Source: a virus. From it: a DNA stretch of 64,000 nucleotides. Below the pieces are notes generated by a model. The model did not search any database and had not been told where the DNA came from. It saw nothing but the letters and a program-made list of their open reading frames with translations. This document shows, one piece after another, positions 1 through 10,897 of the stretch (position 1 is its first letter; each line of letters begins with the position of its first letter). The DNA is taken from the IMG/VR virus record IMGVR_UViG_3300027984_000001, one strand, 5' to 3'. The translations under genes were made by a program, and so were the position numbers.

Positions 1-967
1 ATGGATCACATACTGACAGTGCATTTTGATTGCCTATTTGCAATACTGATTTACCAGACCCACGCACAAACATTTTTTCACTTGCATTAAACCATGGGAT
101 ATAATTAGCCGCCCCGCCGTCCCCTCTATGGATACCGTCCAGCAAATCAGCATTAAGATTTGACTGTAATGTTCCGTCTTTAACGGCATGATTAGCACCC
201 GCTATCTGCGTGGCCACGCTAGCGGGCGTCGCAAATGCGTTAGCATGATTCCCATCTAACATATCAGCATTTAAATTTGCCTGTAAAATTCCATTCTTTA
301 CAGCAAAATTACCCGCCGCAATGGCATTATTTACATATTCAATACTAGCATATGCTTCACCCATTAAACTATCAATAATATCCTGCGCCTGCTTAATCAT
401 TGCATTTACAGCATTAAGCGCCGTATTGACATCATTATGCATTGAATTAATAGCGTCATCAATCTGGTTATTTGCATTGTTGATAGCAATAGTCATAGCA
501 TATTGAATGTCATTAAATACCTGTTGCGCCTGTATAGTTAACTGTTGTAGCTGATCTTTTATTTGCTGTACGATGATTTCAATAGGTGAAACATACGACT
601 GCGATATCTTATCTAAATCAAGTAAATCACTAACAACCAAGAAGTTATAATACAATGTAGCGGCTCTTACTCCAGCCGCCGTATATAAATTAATATAAGC
701 CGTGACCCATCCGGGTGCTGAAAATATCTCATTGTTCAACAGATACGATATTCCAGTTGTGGATAATACACCATTTTCCACAACGTTAGAGCGATCGGGC
801 TTTTGGAATACCATTTCGGCCCTATTGAATAATGTATATTGTAATTCATTCGGCCCCTTATACACACGAAACATAAACCTGACGTTCTTTAGATTGGCTT
901 GATTTAAGACAATATCTGTCTTTTGTGTTGTTGGTTGGTCAAAGTCTAAATTAATCGTGTAATCCAT
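1..967 (-). CDS. tail fiber / receptor-binding protein, N-terminal BppU-like domain; 3' end lies beyond window
   Basis: ATG at 967 overlaps upstream stop (TAATG). Frame stays open to position 1. MDYTINLDFDQ... Ig-like N-terminus, coiled coil, repeated LNADMLDGxHA fiber motif. Confidence 0.6.
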   Translation of the reverse strand, partial: MDYTINLDFDQPTTQKTDIVLNQANLKNVRFMFRVYKGPNELQYTLFNRAEMVFQKPDRSNVVENGVLSTTGISYLLNNEIFSAPGWVTAYINLYTAAGVRAATLYYNFLVVSDLLDLDKISQSYVSPIEIIVQQIKDQLQQLTIQAQQVFNDIQYAMTIAINNANNQIDDAINSMHNDVNTALNAVNAMIKQAQDIIDSLMGEAYASIEYVNNAIAAGNFAVKNGILQANLNADMLDGNHANAFATPASVATQIAGANHAVKDGTLQSNLNADLLDGIHRGDGGAANYIPWFNASEKMFVRGSGKSVLQIGNQNALSVCDP

Positions 968-1230
968 TACAACCAACCCCCTACAATAATAAATGAAGTC
1001 CCACTACCGACTAACATTACTCTGTCCCCTACCTGTGGATTTGTATAATGTTTCATACGCTTATATATTTTTGAAGATGGTGACGTTTCCCCCATAAATC
1101 GTAAGATTGGATCTCCAGCCCCGTTTAATTGCACTACTATTGCATACTTCACGTCAAAACTTTGTTTCTGCGTGGTTTTTTGTTGTTCATTACTCCAATA
1201 CTCATTAGATGTAACTATATTCCCGGTCAT
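967..1230 (-). CDS. small baseplate/tail-associated protein, function unknown
   Basis: 87-aa ORF with start and stop overlapping its neighbours in the tail module. Confidence 0.5.
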   Translation of the reverse strand: MTGNIVTSNEYWSNEQQKTTQKQSFDVKYAIVVQLNGAGDPILRFMGETSPSSKIYKRMKHYTNPQVGDRVMLVGSGTSFIIVGGWL

Positions 1231-2354
1231 AACTCGACAACCCTTCGTCCTGAATGTTTCATCTGACCATTATATGACATTTGCACTTCCCAACTTGTTT
1301 CAGAAAACTTTTGCGGTGTATCAAATACTGTGGGGAAATCAACATATAGCGTGTCTTGCGCCCCATGTGTAGGCATAATTGCAGACGTAAAATCCAAATA
1401 ACCGTATGCAGACATGCTATTCAATGCTATACGTCTTGTAAAATTGTCTAACGCCGTTTGACTGGATATATCGTTAAGTTCCTCATAGTCAACAATGCGC
1501 CGTCCCCTATTCTCTATGGACGTAGGCGATTGCGGATTGTGATTTTCCACAACTGAAATATACTCGCTTGTACCCTCCAGATTGCGGGCCACTCGGATAA
1601 ACACATTAGGTTGACTTGTTAGATCCAACTTTTCCACAAAATCCGCATAAACTACACTGTCTTTACCTGCAATATACGTCTGTGTGATTGCCCTTAGTGC
1701 CGGTTCCACATATGGATTTGAAAAGAAAAAACCAACTTCATCGACGCCTATTGAGTTATAATTAATTTCTCCAAGTAGACCGTTAACCGCTTCTTTAACC
1801 TTTGTGCCTAATGGTATTTCCCTATCACGCGCTATTATAGCGGCATATGCTGGAATATTTATTTTACCAATACCTGATAACGCTAACATTTTATTTATTT
1901 CTGCAACGTAATTACTTCCAGCTTGAATAAAATACCGTTGTGTAAATCTATCTGATTCTATAATCATGGTTTTATCGTATGCACCTATTTCACGCTTAAC
2001 ATACTTACCAGATATATTTCTTTCAGGAGTTTCCAACATAAATATACCCATACTATATTCGACCGTATCACCTTTAGGCATGTGCAATACTACCCATGGT
2101 TGAATCTGATCTGATAAATAGTTAATATTACTTTGCAAATATTCATTCAACGTAAAAGATGCAGAACGTTTTATAGCCGCAAACAAATTATACTTTATTG
2201 TAGCGGCTTCAATGCCTGAAATTTCCCCTTGTTTCACATCTTGTTTATTCAACAAATCATATCTGAATGTTAATTGTCTGTTTCCAGCGCCCTCAAAATG
2301 AAGAACGCTGGAAATCTGAGCATCGGTATAATTACCCGGATTGAATACAAACAT
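1227..2354 (-). CDS. baseplate hub / tail-associated (Tal N-terminal-like) protein
   Basis: 375 aa, second gene after the tape measure. Call rests on position in a siphovirus tail-tip module. Confidence 0.5.
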   Translation of the reverse strand: MFVFNPGNYTDAQISSVLHFEGAGNRQLTFRYDLLNKQDVKQGEISGIEAATIKYNLFAAIKRSASFTLNEYLQSNINYLSDQIQPWVVLHMPKGDTVEYSMGIFMLETPERNISGKYVKREIGAYDKTMIIESDRFTQRYFIQAGSNYVAEINKMLALSGIGKINIPAYAAIIARDREIPLGTKVKEAVNGLLGEINYNSIGVDEVGFFFSNPYVEPALRAITQTYIAGKDSVVYADFVEKLDLTSQPNVFIRVARNLEGTSEYISVVENHNPQSPTSIENRGRRIVDYEELNDISSQTALDNFTRRIALNSMSAYGYLDFTSAIMPTHGAQDTLYVDFPTVFDTPQKFSETSWEVQMSYNGQMKHSGRRVVEL

Positions 2355-4399
2355 TACAACTCGACCTCTTCCGAATAATCCGACCTTTGAATATCAAACG
2401 AAACGACCCAACCATCCATATCAGGTTTATCGCTCAAACCGCTTGCAATTTGCCCAAAAATGGTACCGAATTTTCTATCTCTAACTACTAATGTATTATT
2501 TAATTCATTATATGCACGCAATATATTTCTTTCCTGTTTAGTAACGTAAAAGCTAAAGCTTAATAATTCATTAACCGATTCCCCTACTTGTATAACAGGA
2601 TACTTTCGGCCAATAAAATTAGTAAAATCTCTTTCCATTTGTTGTTTTCTTTCACGTTGTGGTTCATTGTCTACTTGCCGTAATAGCTTTAGCATATTGG
2701 ATCTATCTGTTACCGTCGCAATGGTAGTATACGGAAAATCTGTATATCCCGCCACTTGATTACTATCCGCGAATGCAAAGTTGGCCGTTACCACACGAAC
2801 ATAATAGACATATCTTTCATCCGGGGCGGCTGTATAATCATCATAATAATTTACGTCTACTGTTTTGGCAATTCGCTTAAACTTATTTGCGTCCGCCAAA
2901 CTACGATATACATATACATTATTTGATGCTAAATTGTCAAAATATAGTCTGTTACAAAACGCAATCGCTCTTGATACTTGTAAAGTAAGCGGCGGCGGTT
3001 GTTGGACGCTAATTGTAAAGTAAAACGTTGTCCATGTTGATTTAAGGCCATATTGATTAGCAATCCTGATATTAACCATATAATCCCCATTGGGGATTAA
3101 TTCTGTTATTGTGTGTTGACCTGCAACATAAGGAATATTATTCTTGACATACACACCATACAAAAAATTCGATATAGCCAAATCATAACTTAATACCCCA
3201 CTACCTGAGAAAAATATCGTTGGTCTGTTACTATTTGAAACGGCTGTAATAATAGGCGGCGGCGGCGCTCCAATAGTATAGAATGTGACTATACTACTCC
3301 ACGGGCCAACATCTCCCAATGCGCCATAAGCCCTGACTTGCCAATCTACTGTATGCTGACCGTCAATAACACCGGTTGTTAAAACAAGCGCACCTGTGGT
3401 ATTGCTTATGCTTTTCCATGCGCCACCGTCAATCCTATATTGCCCATCAAATGCTGACGGCGTGGCATCATACATGCTGGAATATAAAAATTCAAGATTT
3501 ACACCGGCGGAACCTATAACAGATATACCGACAGGAAACATAGGCGTCGGCGCAAGCGGCGGGTTTGTAGCTAAATTAAATGTTCCTTGTCCCCACGGCC
3601 CCCAGCCGTTATATTGCGTTTGTGTGCGAACCCGGATTGTTACCTGTGTATATGCTGTCATAGTATTAGCGGGTATAACATAGGTGTTTATAGTATCAGA
3701 TATAACAAAGTCTTTTAATGTAATGCCGCCTTGTACTATCTGAACCTGTGACGCAACCTGAGGATCAGGCGCAAGTAAATTCGGATTAGGCGCATGTGAC
3801 CACGTTGTTCTTATGTTCCCTTTGGGGTTCATAGTCATTGTCGGTTGTATATTTGTAGGCGCAAGCGGCAATAATGGATCTGCTGTAATAATTAATTGAT
3901 GACTGGAATCTGTCGCATATGCATTGCCCACAAGGGTATAACTACCGGCAAAACTCATGCCCATGTAACCGCCAAATACATTAGACATTTTTATAATACT
4001 TGTTACATCTGTATCCAAAATCCCCGATTGCAAATAATCGGCAGTAATGGAAACCATTAGCCCCGGGAATCCAGTGATATACTTATTATAGTCTATCGTT
4101 GGGTTTAAAAACATAGGCAAGTTGATATTATTAGAAACAAATGGTTGTATGCCATAAGCCGCCCGTGGGGTGGGCGGCGTTATAGCCATTGGATCTGTTG
4201 TCAATGATTGCCTATTCACTCTTAATATAACATTTGTTACGTTTAAGCGTAAAAATTGGGTAAAATCATACATACTCATTGTCATGTATGAATATGCCGC
4301 CGGGACATCACCGTAATGTATGCCTGTTAATAATGTGCCACTTGTACCGCCGGTCTTATAATATATGGCCGCTGGATTAATTGTATAAGTAGTCGCCAA
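2354..4399 (-). CDS. distal tail protein-like with Ig/FN3-like repeats
   Basis: 681 aa immediately after the tape measure. Pro/Thr-rich beta-rich repeats, Dit-like C-terminal part. Confidence 0.55.
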   Translation of the reverse strand: MATTYTINPAAIYYKTGGTSGTLLTGIHYGDVPAAYSYMTMSMYDFTQFLRLNVTNVILRVNRQSLTTDPMAITPPTPRAAYGIQPFVSNNINLPMFLNPTIDYNKYITGFPGLMVSITADYLQSGILDTDVTSIIKMSNVFGGYMGMSFAGSYTLVGNAYATDSSHQLIITADPLLPLAPTNIQPTMTMNPKGNIRTTWSHAPNPNLLAPDPQVASQVQIVQGGITLKDFVISDTINTYVIPANTMTAYTQVTIRVRTQTQYNGWGPWGQGTFNLATNPPLAPTPMFPVGISVIGSAGVNLEFLYSSMYDATPSAFDGQYRIDGGAWKSISNTTGALVLTTGVIDGQHTVDWQVRAYGALGDVGPWSSIVTFYTIGAPPPPIITAVSNSNRPTIFFSGSGVLSYDLAISNFLYGVYVKNNIPYVAGQHTITELIPNGDYMVNIRIANQYGLKSTWTTFYFTISVQQPPPLTLQVSRAIAFCNRLYFDNLASNNVYVYRSLADANKFKRIAKTVDVNYYDDYTAAPDERYVYYVRVVTANFAFADSNQVAGYTDFPYTTIATVTDRSNMLKLLRQVDNEPQRERKQQMERDFTNFIGRKYPVIQVGESVNELLSFSFYVTKQERNILRAYNELNNTLVVRDRKFGTIFGQIASGLSDKPDMDGWVVSFDIQRSDYSEEVEL

Positions 4400-7300
4400 T
4401 TATAATACCCCCAAGTTCACACGCTGTTGGAATATAAAATTTTTAAATACTTCCGTTAATTTTTGCACGTCATTTATATCCTCCAGAGGTACATTAATTG
4501 ATGGATTGAAATTTTCAATCATAATCCTTGGGTTGTTTGTTATTGAATTATTAGTTGTATCAATATTTCCAGCCATACCAGACAACTGAGTTGAAAAATC
4601 TCCGCTTGCAAAATTGCCAAATACTCCGCTTATGGTATTTTGGACTGCACTTGCCATCGAATCAATACCCTTTATAAATCCTTCACCCACGTTAATACCC
4701 ATATTAGCGAATAACCTCGATGGTGAATGCATTTGCATTTTTTCTTGTAATGCATCAATAGCGGCTTGACCCATTTCATCAATAGCTTGCTTTAACGGTT
4801 CAAACTGAGATTTAATACCCTTAATAAATCCATCAATAGTATTCTGTCCCGCGTAAACAAAATCAGTTCCGGCTTTTTCATTAAGCATAGCCGTTAATTC
4901 CTTTATTTTCGCGTCCGTTTCGTCCTTTAATGGCGCAAGTTCCTTTATTGCTTCTTCACGCGCAAGCGCCTGTTTTTCGCCCCATAATTTCACATAATTG
5001 TCAAGTTCCCCGGCAGACATTGACGCAAGGGCTGTTATTTCAGCGTTTGCTTTTGGCCCCATGTTACGCAATTCATCAAGCAAACCTTGATCTATACCCT
5101 TAGCGGCAAGACTATCCAAATTCGCCGCCCAATTCTCCATTTCTGTAACTTGCGCTTGTAAATTTGTCGTCAATGTTTCCGTTGATACCTTTTCTTTTGC
5201 TTTTAATTCCTCGAATAATCCAAATGAGTTCGCAATAGACTTTGAACGGCTGTCAATGGCATCCTGATATTTCTGTTCAGCGTCGGCCATCTGTCCTGTT
5301 ATTTTTTCTTGTTCAGCGAATAAACGTTGTTGCGCATCCATCAACTCTTGGTCTGCCTGTTTCCGCATGTCTGAACCTTCAAAATATTGTTGGGACGTTT
5401 GCATCCAGAAGTCTATTTCTTCCTGCATGGACATCATGTTATTCTCTTTGCGTAACTTTACCCATTCCTTATTGTTTTCAAACTCTTGTTTATATAATTC
5501 ATTACGTTCTTTTAGCATTTGGTCTGATAATTTATTGATGTTCTTGTCTATCTCAATGCGTTCCTTTGTTCCCTCTGCGTATCTCGACGTCAATTGTTGC
5601 CACATCTGTATCTCTTGATCTGCTTCATAATCTTCTTTTTGTCTGTATTGTTCTATCCACAGTTTAGCATTTGCAAATGTCTTTTTACTCATTTCAGCGG
5701 CGGCGTCTACTGTCTTTTTAGATTTTTTATCAATGATATCTGCCGATACATTTGTCAAGCTATTAGCGAAATCCTGCGCGGCAGTCTTTCCAGTGTCCAC
5801 GTTAACGCTTTTAGATATGCCATCAAGAATTATCGTTCCTAATTTTTTAGTAGTATCTGCAACCTGAGAAACGCTTGAGTTAATGCCCTCAATAATACCC
5901 TGCGCAATAGGTTTACCGACTTCATCTTCAAACGCCCCTGATGGGGATTGAATCTTTAATAAGCTTTTAACACTACTTAACGCATTAGACGCCATATTTT
6001 GAGCAGACGCAATAACATTTTTAGCACCAGCTTGAATACCCGAACTAATACCAGCCATCATATTTGACCCTATAGATGACATTTTCCCTACAATGCCAGA
6101 AAAAGCATTCAATAGATTACTTGCAATACCTTGCGCGGCGGTTACTACAGCTTGCCCTCCACTTGAAACACCGCTTTGTAAATTATTCATTGCTTCTGTA
6201 CCTTTTTGCTTCATTGCTTGTAATCCTGCGCGTACAGCTTCTACTGCATTATTGGCAAATGTTGTAAGGGTAGTAATAACTCCACTAACCGCCGCCGATA
6301 TTCCCTGACCTAATCCCGCAATGATATTATTGCCTATTTCAGCAAATACCGTTGATGGGGATGCTATGCCAAATATTCCCTTAATGGCATTAATAACCAT
6401 AGTTCCAAGACTTTTAATAGCTTCAATGGCGGCAGTTCCCGCCTGAGTAATGCCTTGCCCTAATCCTGCAATAATATCACCGCCTACTTTTGACATTTGA
6501 GCGGGAAAATCTTGAAAAAAATTAATTATACTTGTTCTTATTGATAAAATTGCAGTATTTAAAGCACCTATGATACTTGGCAAGTCTTGAACCAATGCGG
6601 AAAATACCTGTACGCCTATCTGCATCATCTGTGGAATAACTTGAGTAAACGCTGTAATTATACCTTGTATAATCTGTGGAATTGCTTGCACTATCCCCAT
6701 AATAATTGCTGGCGCATTTTCCACAAGTGCAATGAATAATTTTACTCCAGCTTCAACTAACATGGGCGTCATTGTTGCCAAACCGTTAACAATGCCTGTT
6801 ATGAGTTCTGGCAATACTGTAACTACTGCTTGAATTATAGCAGGCAGATTTTCTACTAATGCAGACAATAATTGTATGCCAGCTTCTACTATTTGAGGAA
6901 TCATAACTAATAAAGCCGATATAATACCATTTATTAATTCTGGTAATCTTTCGGTTAATGTTGGTAATGCGTTCAGTAAACCATCAACTAACCCTAATAT
7001 TAATTGCAAACCTGCATCAAGCAATAATGGCGCATTTACTATAAAAGCATCAAGCAATGACATTATAATATCAATAGCCGCTGGAATCAAAGTAGGTAAT
7101 GATTGCGCTATGCCTGTTATTAATTGCGCAAGAATATCCATTCCAGCTTGTAATAATAGTGGTAGATTTCGCTGTAAACCATTCATTATATTGGTAATCG
7201 CTTCTTGCGCTTGACTAATTAGCATAGGCAAGTTATCAGCGATTCCCTGTAATAATTGTGTGACAACACTTATACCTGTTGTATAAATCATTTCTGTATA

Positions 7301-8701
7301 CGACAAAAAACCAGATATAAAAGAAGTTATCAATTCAACAGCTAATGGAACTAATTGAGGTAATATAGTCCGGATACCGTCTAATAATGTATTAAATGCA
7401 TTCATTCCAGCAGTCATAATGCTATCAGAATTTGCCGTCAATCCTTCAATCAAAGAAGATATCATATCTACTCCGGCTTGAATAAATTGTGGCGCTAATC
7501 CTACAAAGTAATTGACAAGATCCGCTAATACGTTCCCTATTTCCGCTACCGCTCCACTTATACCCCCAGCATTTAAAGCAGACAATAATCTATCAAGCGC
7601 ATCATTCGCAACCCCAACGGCATCATTTAGCGGCTCTTGTAAATTTTGGTATAATGAAATTTGTATTGATTCCAGCGTACCGCTTAAACCTTCTAATGAA
7701 CCTTTTAAGTTATCAAGCATCGTTGTTGCCATTGCCTGAGCGGCCCCATCAGAATTTTCAAGTGAGGTTGTTAATGCATTTAATTTTTCTGGCCCTGCAT
7801 CAACCAAGGCAAGCATTCCAGATAATGCTTCTTGCCCGAATAATGTAGCCATTGCATTATTTTTTTGCGCGTCCGTCCAACCCTCTGTACCAGTTTGCAA
7901 CTGAGCAATAATACCTTCCAATGGTAACATTTTACCCTGAGCGTCAAAAAATGAAACACCCATTTCAGCCATGACGCCATTCATTTCTTTTGAAGGTTTG
8001 ACAATTCTTGATAATGCCGCTCGCAAAGTTGTACCTGCTTGACTGCCAATAATGCCAGCGTCAGACATAATACCAATAGCGGCGGCAGATTCTTCCATAC
8101 TTATACCCATAGCATTTGCAACCGGCGCTATATATTTCATAGCATCTCCCAAAGTTGCAACTCCAGCGTTTGTATCAGCGGCGGCTTTTGCCAATACATC
8201 CGCAACATGTCCTGCGTCTGACGCATCTAACGCAAACCCGCGCAATGTAGATGCGGCTATTTGAGATGACAATCCCAAATCTTCACCACTTGACGCGGCC
8301 AAATCCAACAATCCCGGCATAGCGGCCATTATTTCATTAGTAGAAAAACCTGCGGATGCTAAATTCTCCATACCTATAGCCGCTTCTTTCGCAGAAAAAG
8401 AAGTTGCCGCGCCCAAATCCACAGCCTGTTTTGTAAGATTGCCCAAATCATCCCCAACAGCCCCGGCGATAGCGCCAACTCTTGACATTTGCGCTTCAAA
8501 ATCCATTCCCGTCTGTATGGACTTAAGACCAAATCCCGATATAGCCGTGCCAGCAACTGCAATGCCTTTAGCAATAAATCCTATTGCATCATTTGCAACA
8601 TTATTGATTTTCCCTAATGCCTCTAATGCATTATTCAATCCTCCCGTGAAACCTTCATCTTTCAAGGATATAGTTGCAAATAAATTAAATAATTCTGCCA
8701 T
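4400..8701 (-). CDS. tail tape measure protein
   Basis: 1433 aa. MDFEAQMSRVGAIAG core typical of TP901-type TMPs. Long periodic LPxL/Ala-Ile-Gly helical repeats. Follows the G/GT chaperone genes. Confidence 0.9.
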   Translation of the reverse strand: MAELFNLFATISLKDEGFTGGLNNALEALGKINNVANDAIGFIAKGIAVAGTAISGFGLKSIQTGMDFEAQMSRVGAIAGAVGDDLGNLTKQAVDLGAATSFSAKEAAIGMENLASAGFSTNEIMAAMPGLLDLAASSGEDLGLSSQIAASTLRGFALDASDAGHVADVLAKAAADTNAGVATLGDAMKYIAPVANAMGISMEESAAAIGIMSDAGIIGSQAGTTLRAALSRIVKPSKEMNGVMAEMGVSFFDAQGKMLPLEGIIAQLQTGTEGWTDAQKNNAMATLFGQEALSGMLALVDAGPEKLNALTTSLENSDGAAQAMATTMLDNLKGSLEGLSGTLESIQISLYQNLQEPLNDAVGVANDALDRLLSALNAGGISGAVAEIGNVLADLVNYFVGLAPQFIQAGVDMISSLIEGLTANSDSIMTAGMNAFNTLLDGIRTILPQLVPLAVELITSFISGFLSYTEMIYTTGISVVTQLLQGIADNLPMLISQAQEAITNIMNGLQRNLPLLLQAGMDILAQLITGIAQSLPTLIPAAIDIIMSLLDAFIVNAPLLLDAGLQLILGLVDGLLNALPTLTERLPELINGIISALLVMIPQIVEAGIQLLSALVENLPAIIQAVVTVLPELITGIVNGLATMTPMLVEAGVKLFIALVENAPAIIMGIVQAIPQIIQGIITAFTQVIPQMMQIGVQVFSALVQDLPSIIGALNTAILSIRTSIINFFQDFPAQMSKVGGDIIAGLGQGITQAGTAAIEAIKSLGTMVINAIKGIFGIASPSTVFAEIGNNIIAGLGQGISAAVSGVITTLTTFANNAVEAVRAGLQAMKQKGTEAMNNLQSGVSSGGQAVVTAAQGIASNLLNAFSGIVGKMSSIGSNMMAGISSGIQAGAKNVIASAQNMASNALSSVKSLLKIQSPSGAFEDEVGKPIAQGIIEGINSSVSQVADTTKKLGTIILDGISKSVNVDTGKTAAQDFANSLTNVSADIIDKKSKKTVDAAAEMSKKTFANAKLWIEQYRQKEDYEADQEIQMWQQLTSRYAEGTKERIEIDKNINKLSDQMLKERNELYKQEFENNKEWVKLRKENNMMSMQEEIDFWMQTSQQYFEGSDMRKQADQELMDAQQRLFAEQEKITGQMADAEQKYQDAIDSRSKSIANSFGLFEELKAKEKVSTETLTTNLQAQVTEMENWAANLDSLAAKGIDQGLLDELRNMGPKANAEITALASMSAGELDNYVKLWGEKQALAREEAIKELAPLKDETDAKIKELTAMLNEKAGTDFVYAGQNTIDGFIKGIKSQFEPLKQAIDEMGQAAIDALQEKMQMHSPSRLFANMGINVGEGFIKGIDSMASAVQNTISGVFGNFASGDFSTQLSGMAGNIDTTNNSITNNPRIMIENFNPSINVPLEDINDVQKLTEVFKNFIFQQRVNLGVL

Positions 8702-9382
8702 TTAATCCCTCTATTCCTTTTTGGGGATCTCGCTTTTTCGCTTTTCTTTTACCTCCAGCTTTAAACATATTAATTATGTCCTGTGGGGTATAATCTCTCT
8801 TTTTATTATAAGTCTTTGATTTCTTATTTATTAAATCCCAATATCTAATAGGCATTTTCGGTTTTTTTAGTTTATGAATTGACGCATAATAAGTATTTAA
8901 TGCCAACATATCAGTTATATAAACATTTAAAAGCGTTTCATGATTATACATGGATTCTAAATAAAAAACCAAGGGCTTAAGGGCCATTGGTTTTACTCCC
9001 GCAATGTAGCGGATGATATTTTCCGGGCCAATGGCCCCAACCGTGGAAAAAAACGGATTAAATCCTTATCGGACAGTGTTTCCACAACCATATTCGCTAT
9101 TTCAATTACTTCTTTTTCTTCCAATTCGTCCTGCGTTGTTTCATATATCGTAGACAAAACAAATAAAATGCGGTCATATTGCCGTTTTAATAACAAATCC
9201 AATAAATCAAGAATAACCTTAATGCCATTTTCGGCGGCTTCTTCTTTACTGGTTCCTTCCGGCATAATACGATTTTTATCCCATTCGTTTATGTCTTTTA
9301 ACAATTCGCCGATTTCAGGCGTAATCGTTAAAAGTATATTCTTTAATACCTTTAGTTTTTTCTTGGTTAATAAATTTGACAT
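8685..9382 (-). CDS. tail assembly chaperone -1 frameshift fusion (gpGT-like)
   Basis: A -1 slip on T TTT TTT (9047-9053) joins the G frame to ORF 8685..8987 without stops (...LIRFF/STVGAIGPENIIRYIAGVKPMALKPL...). Confidence 0.6.
8993..9382 (-). CDS. tail assembly chaperone (gpG-like)
   Basis: Lies between major tail and tape measure genes. ATG 9382 overlaps the major tail stop (TAATG). Acidic, about 129 aa. Confidence 0.7.
   Translation of the reverse strand: MSNLLTKKKLKVLKNILLTITPEIGELLKDINEWDKNRIMPEGTSKEEAAENGIKVILDLLDLLLKRQYDRILFVLSTIYETTQDELEEKEVIEIANMVVETLSDKDLIRFFPRLGPLARKISSATLRE
9047..9053 (-). promoter_or_regulatory. programmed -1 ribosomal frameshift slippery heptamer U UUU UUU
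   Basis: Run of 7 T on the coding strand in X XXY YYZ register, 17 codons before the gpG stop. The downstream ORF is in the -1 frame. Confidence 0.6.
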
Positions 9383-10035
9383 TATTCTTCGAACGGCTCG
9401 CAATCATCAGTTGACGGCGTAGAATATTCAAACGTCCATATATTAATCGGGACTTCCTGCATCTTAGTAATATCTGCCTGAAATGCATGAAACTCAAACG
9501 GAATCGTTCCCTCTCCATCTGCCGGTAATGTCATTACCAAACCCACTGTATTCAAAACATTCTGCAATTCCACAACCAACAAATCACCATCATTATACAT
9601 TCCAGCCCATAGGAACGACGGCTGATAATGACAATCAAGTAAATTAGTGGATACAGTCAACGCGCCGTTTGCAGTATTAGTTTTAGGCGTAACCAAAACA
9701 CGCCGTAAATTATTCCTAGTGATTTCTTTCATAGTACCGCCTAAAAAGGCATCCCAACGCGTAATGACTTGCGAACCCACAACAGGAATCGTCATCCCCG
9801 CCATCGTTATCTCGCGAAACGTAGGAACTAAAGAAAATGTCCCATCTCCATCTGTCGCACCTATACACTTACCGGCTTCAAGGGCTGTTTGCAATATTGT
9901 TGCGGTCTCTTCCGCCGTTTGATCAGCATCAAAACTGTCTGTTTCAATCCCAAAAAAGAAGGCCCCTGGGCCTAATACCATATTTGACGCTGACGCAGGC
10001 GTAATCCCTGACGGTCTATACGGCATAACATTCAT
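9382..10035 (-). CDS. major tail protein
   Basis: 217 aa directly upstream of the chaperone pair. Beta-rich. Confidence 0.7.
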   Translation of the reverse strand: MNVMPYRPSGITPASASNMVLGPGAFFFGIETDSFDADQTAEETATILQTALEAGKCIGATDGDGTFSLVPTFREITMAGMTIPVVGSQVITRWDAFLGGTMKEITRNNLRRVLVTPKTNTANGALTVSTNLLDCHYQPSFLWAGMYNDGDLLVVELQNVLNTVGLVMTLPADGEGTIPFEFHAFQADITKMQEVPINIWTFEYSTPSTDDCEPFEE

Positions 10036-10041
10036 TCCTTT

Positions 10042-10527
10042 CTACAAAACATAATTACGTATAACAATACTAGCTATTCCGTGTTGAACATCTAATGATT
10101 CGGACGGCGTAACAAATTGTCCACTACCCGGATCTGTCCTATATCCAATAAAAGGATTTGATTGTTGCAATAATATTTGACCATCACAACCTAAATCCAA
10201 TAACCTTTCTTGGCCCTCTGGAATAGCTTCATTAATTTGTTGCAATATATCATCAACACGTGTGAAAAAGTTAGGACTGCCGATATTTCTATCCCACACA
10301 TGTACAGTAGATATCGTAAATCTTCTAAACTTTGGTTTGACAACCTCATAAGTTATATGTGGCCACGCTGACGCAGGCCATGCTGAAACATCAAGCAAGT
10401 TTCCTCTTGCATCCCTAAATTCAACCGTCCCTACTTGAAACGCTGGAACCGGACGCGGCGTAGGAACTGCTATTCTATTAATAAATTGGCTCCAAAATTG
10501 ATGATATGCAGACCTGATATTATGCAT
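10042..10527 (-). CDS. tail terminator / tail completion protein (by position)
   Basis: 161 aa between the connector genes and the major tail gene. Confidence 0.45.
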   Translation of the reverse strand: MHNIRSAYHQFWSQFINRIAVPTPRPVPAFQVGTVEFRDARGNLLDVSAWPASAWPHITYEVVKPKFRRFTISTVHVWDRNIGSPNFFTRVDDILQQINEAIPEGQERLLDLGCDGQILLQQSNPFIGYRTDPGSGQFVTPSESLDVQHGIASIVIRNYVL

Positions 10528-10893
10528 TTATCCAGCCGCCCCGCGTTCTGCCGCTTCACGTGATATCAATTCCATAGGATATAGCTGGAACTGAGATTCC
10601 GCAACATCAGGGCTTCTTTCGCCAATACCTGATATCCTGAAAAATGCATTATCTTCGTCCCGTCTTAATATATCATTAGGATTAAGACCCAATGCCATAT
10701 TTTCAGTCATGAAATTATATTGCGCCCTAATCCCTTGCGCTACCGCGACGCGAATTTCCGCTTGCCTAGCCTGTGATACTACGCCATAAACTTTCATTGA
10801 ATCGAATATAGTCCACAAAACGCCGCCAAATTCAGTTGGTATAGGTTGACGGCCCTGTAGCCAGTATAGCTTTTGATAATCGCTTATTGGCAT
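10528..10893 (-). CDS. head closure / head-tail joining protein (by position)
   Basis: 121 aa, abuts its neighbours in the neck module. Confidence 0.45.
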   Translation of the reverse strand: MPISDYQKLYWLQGRQPIPTEFGGVLWTIFDSMKVYGVVSQARQAEIRVAVAQGIRAQYNFMTENMALGLNPNDILRRDEDNAFFRISGIGERSPDVAESQFQLYPMELISREAAERGAAG

Positions 10894-10897
10894 AGCA

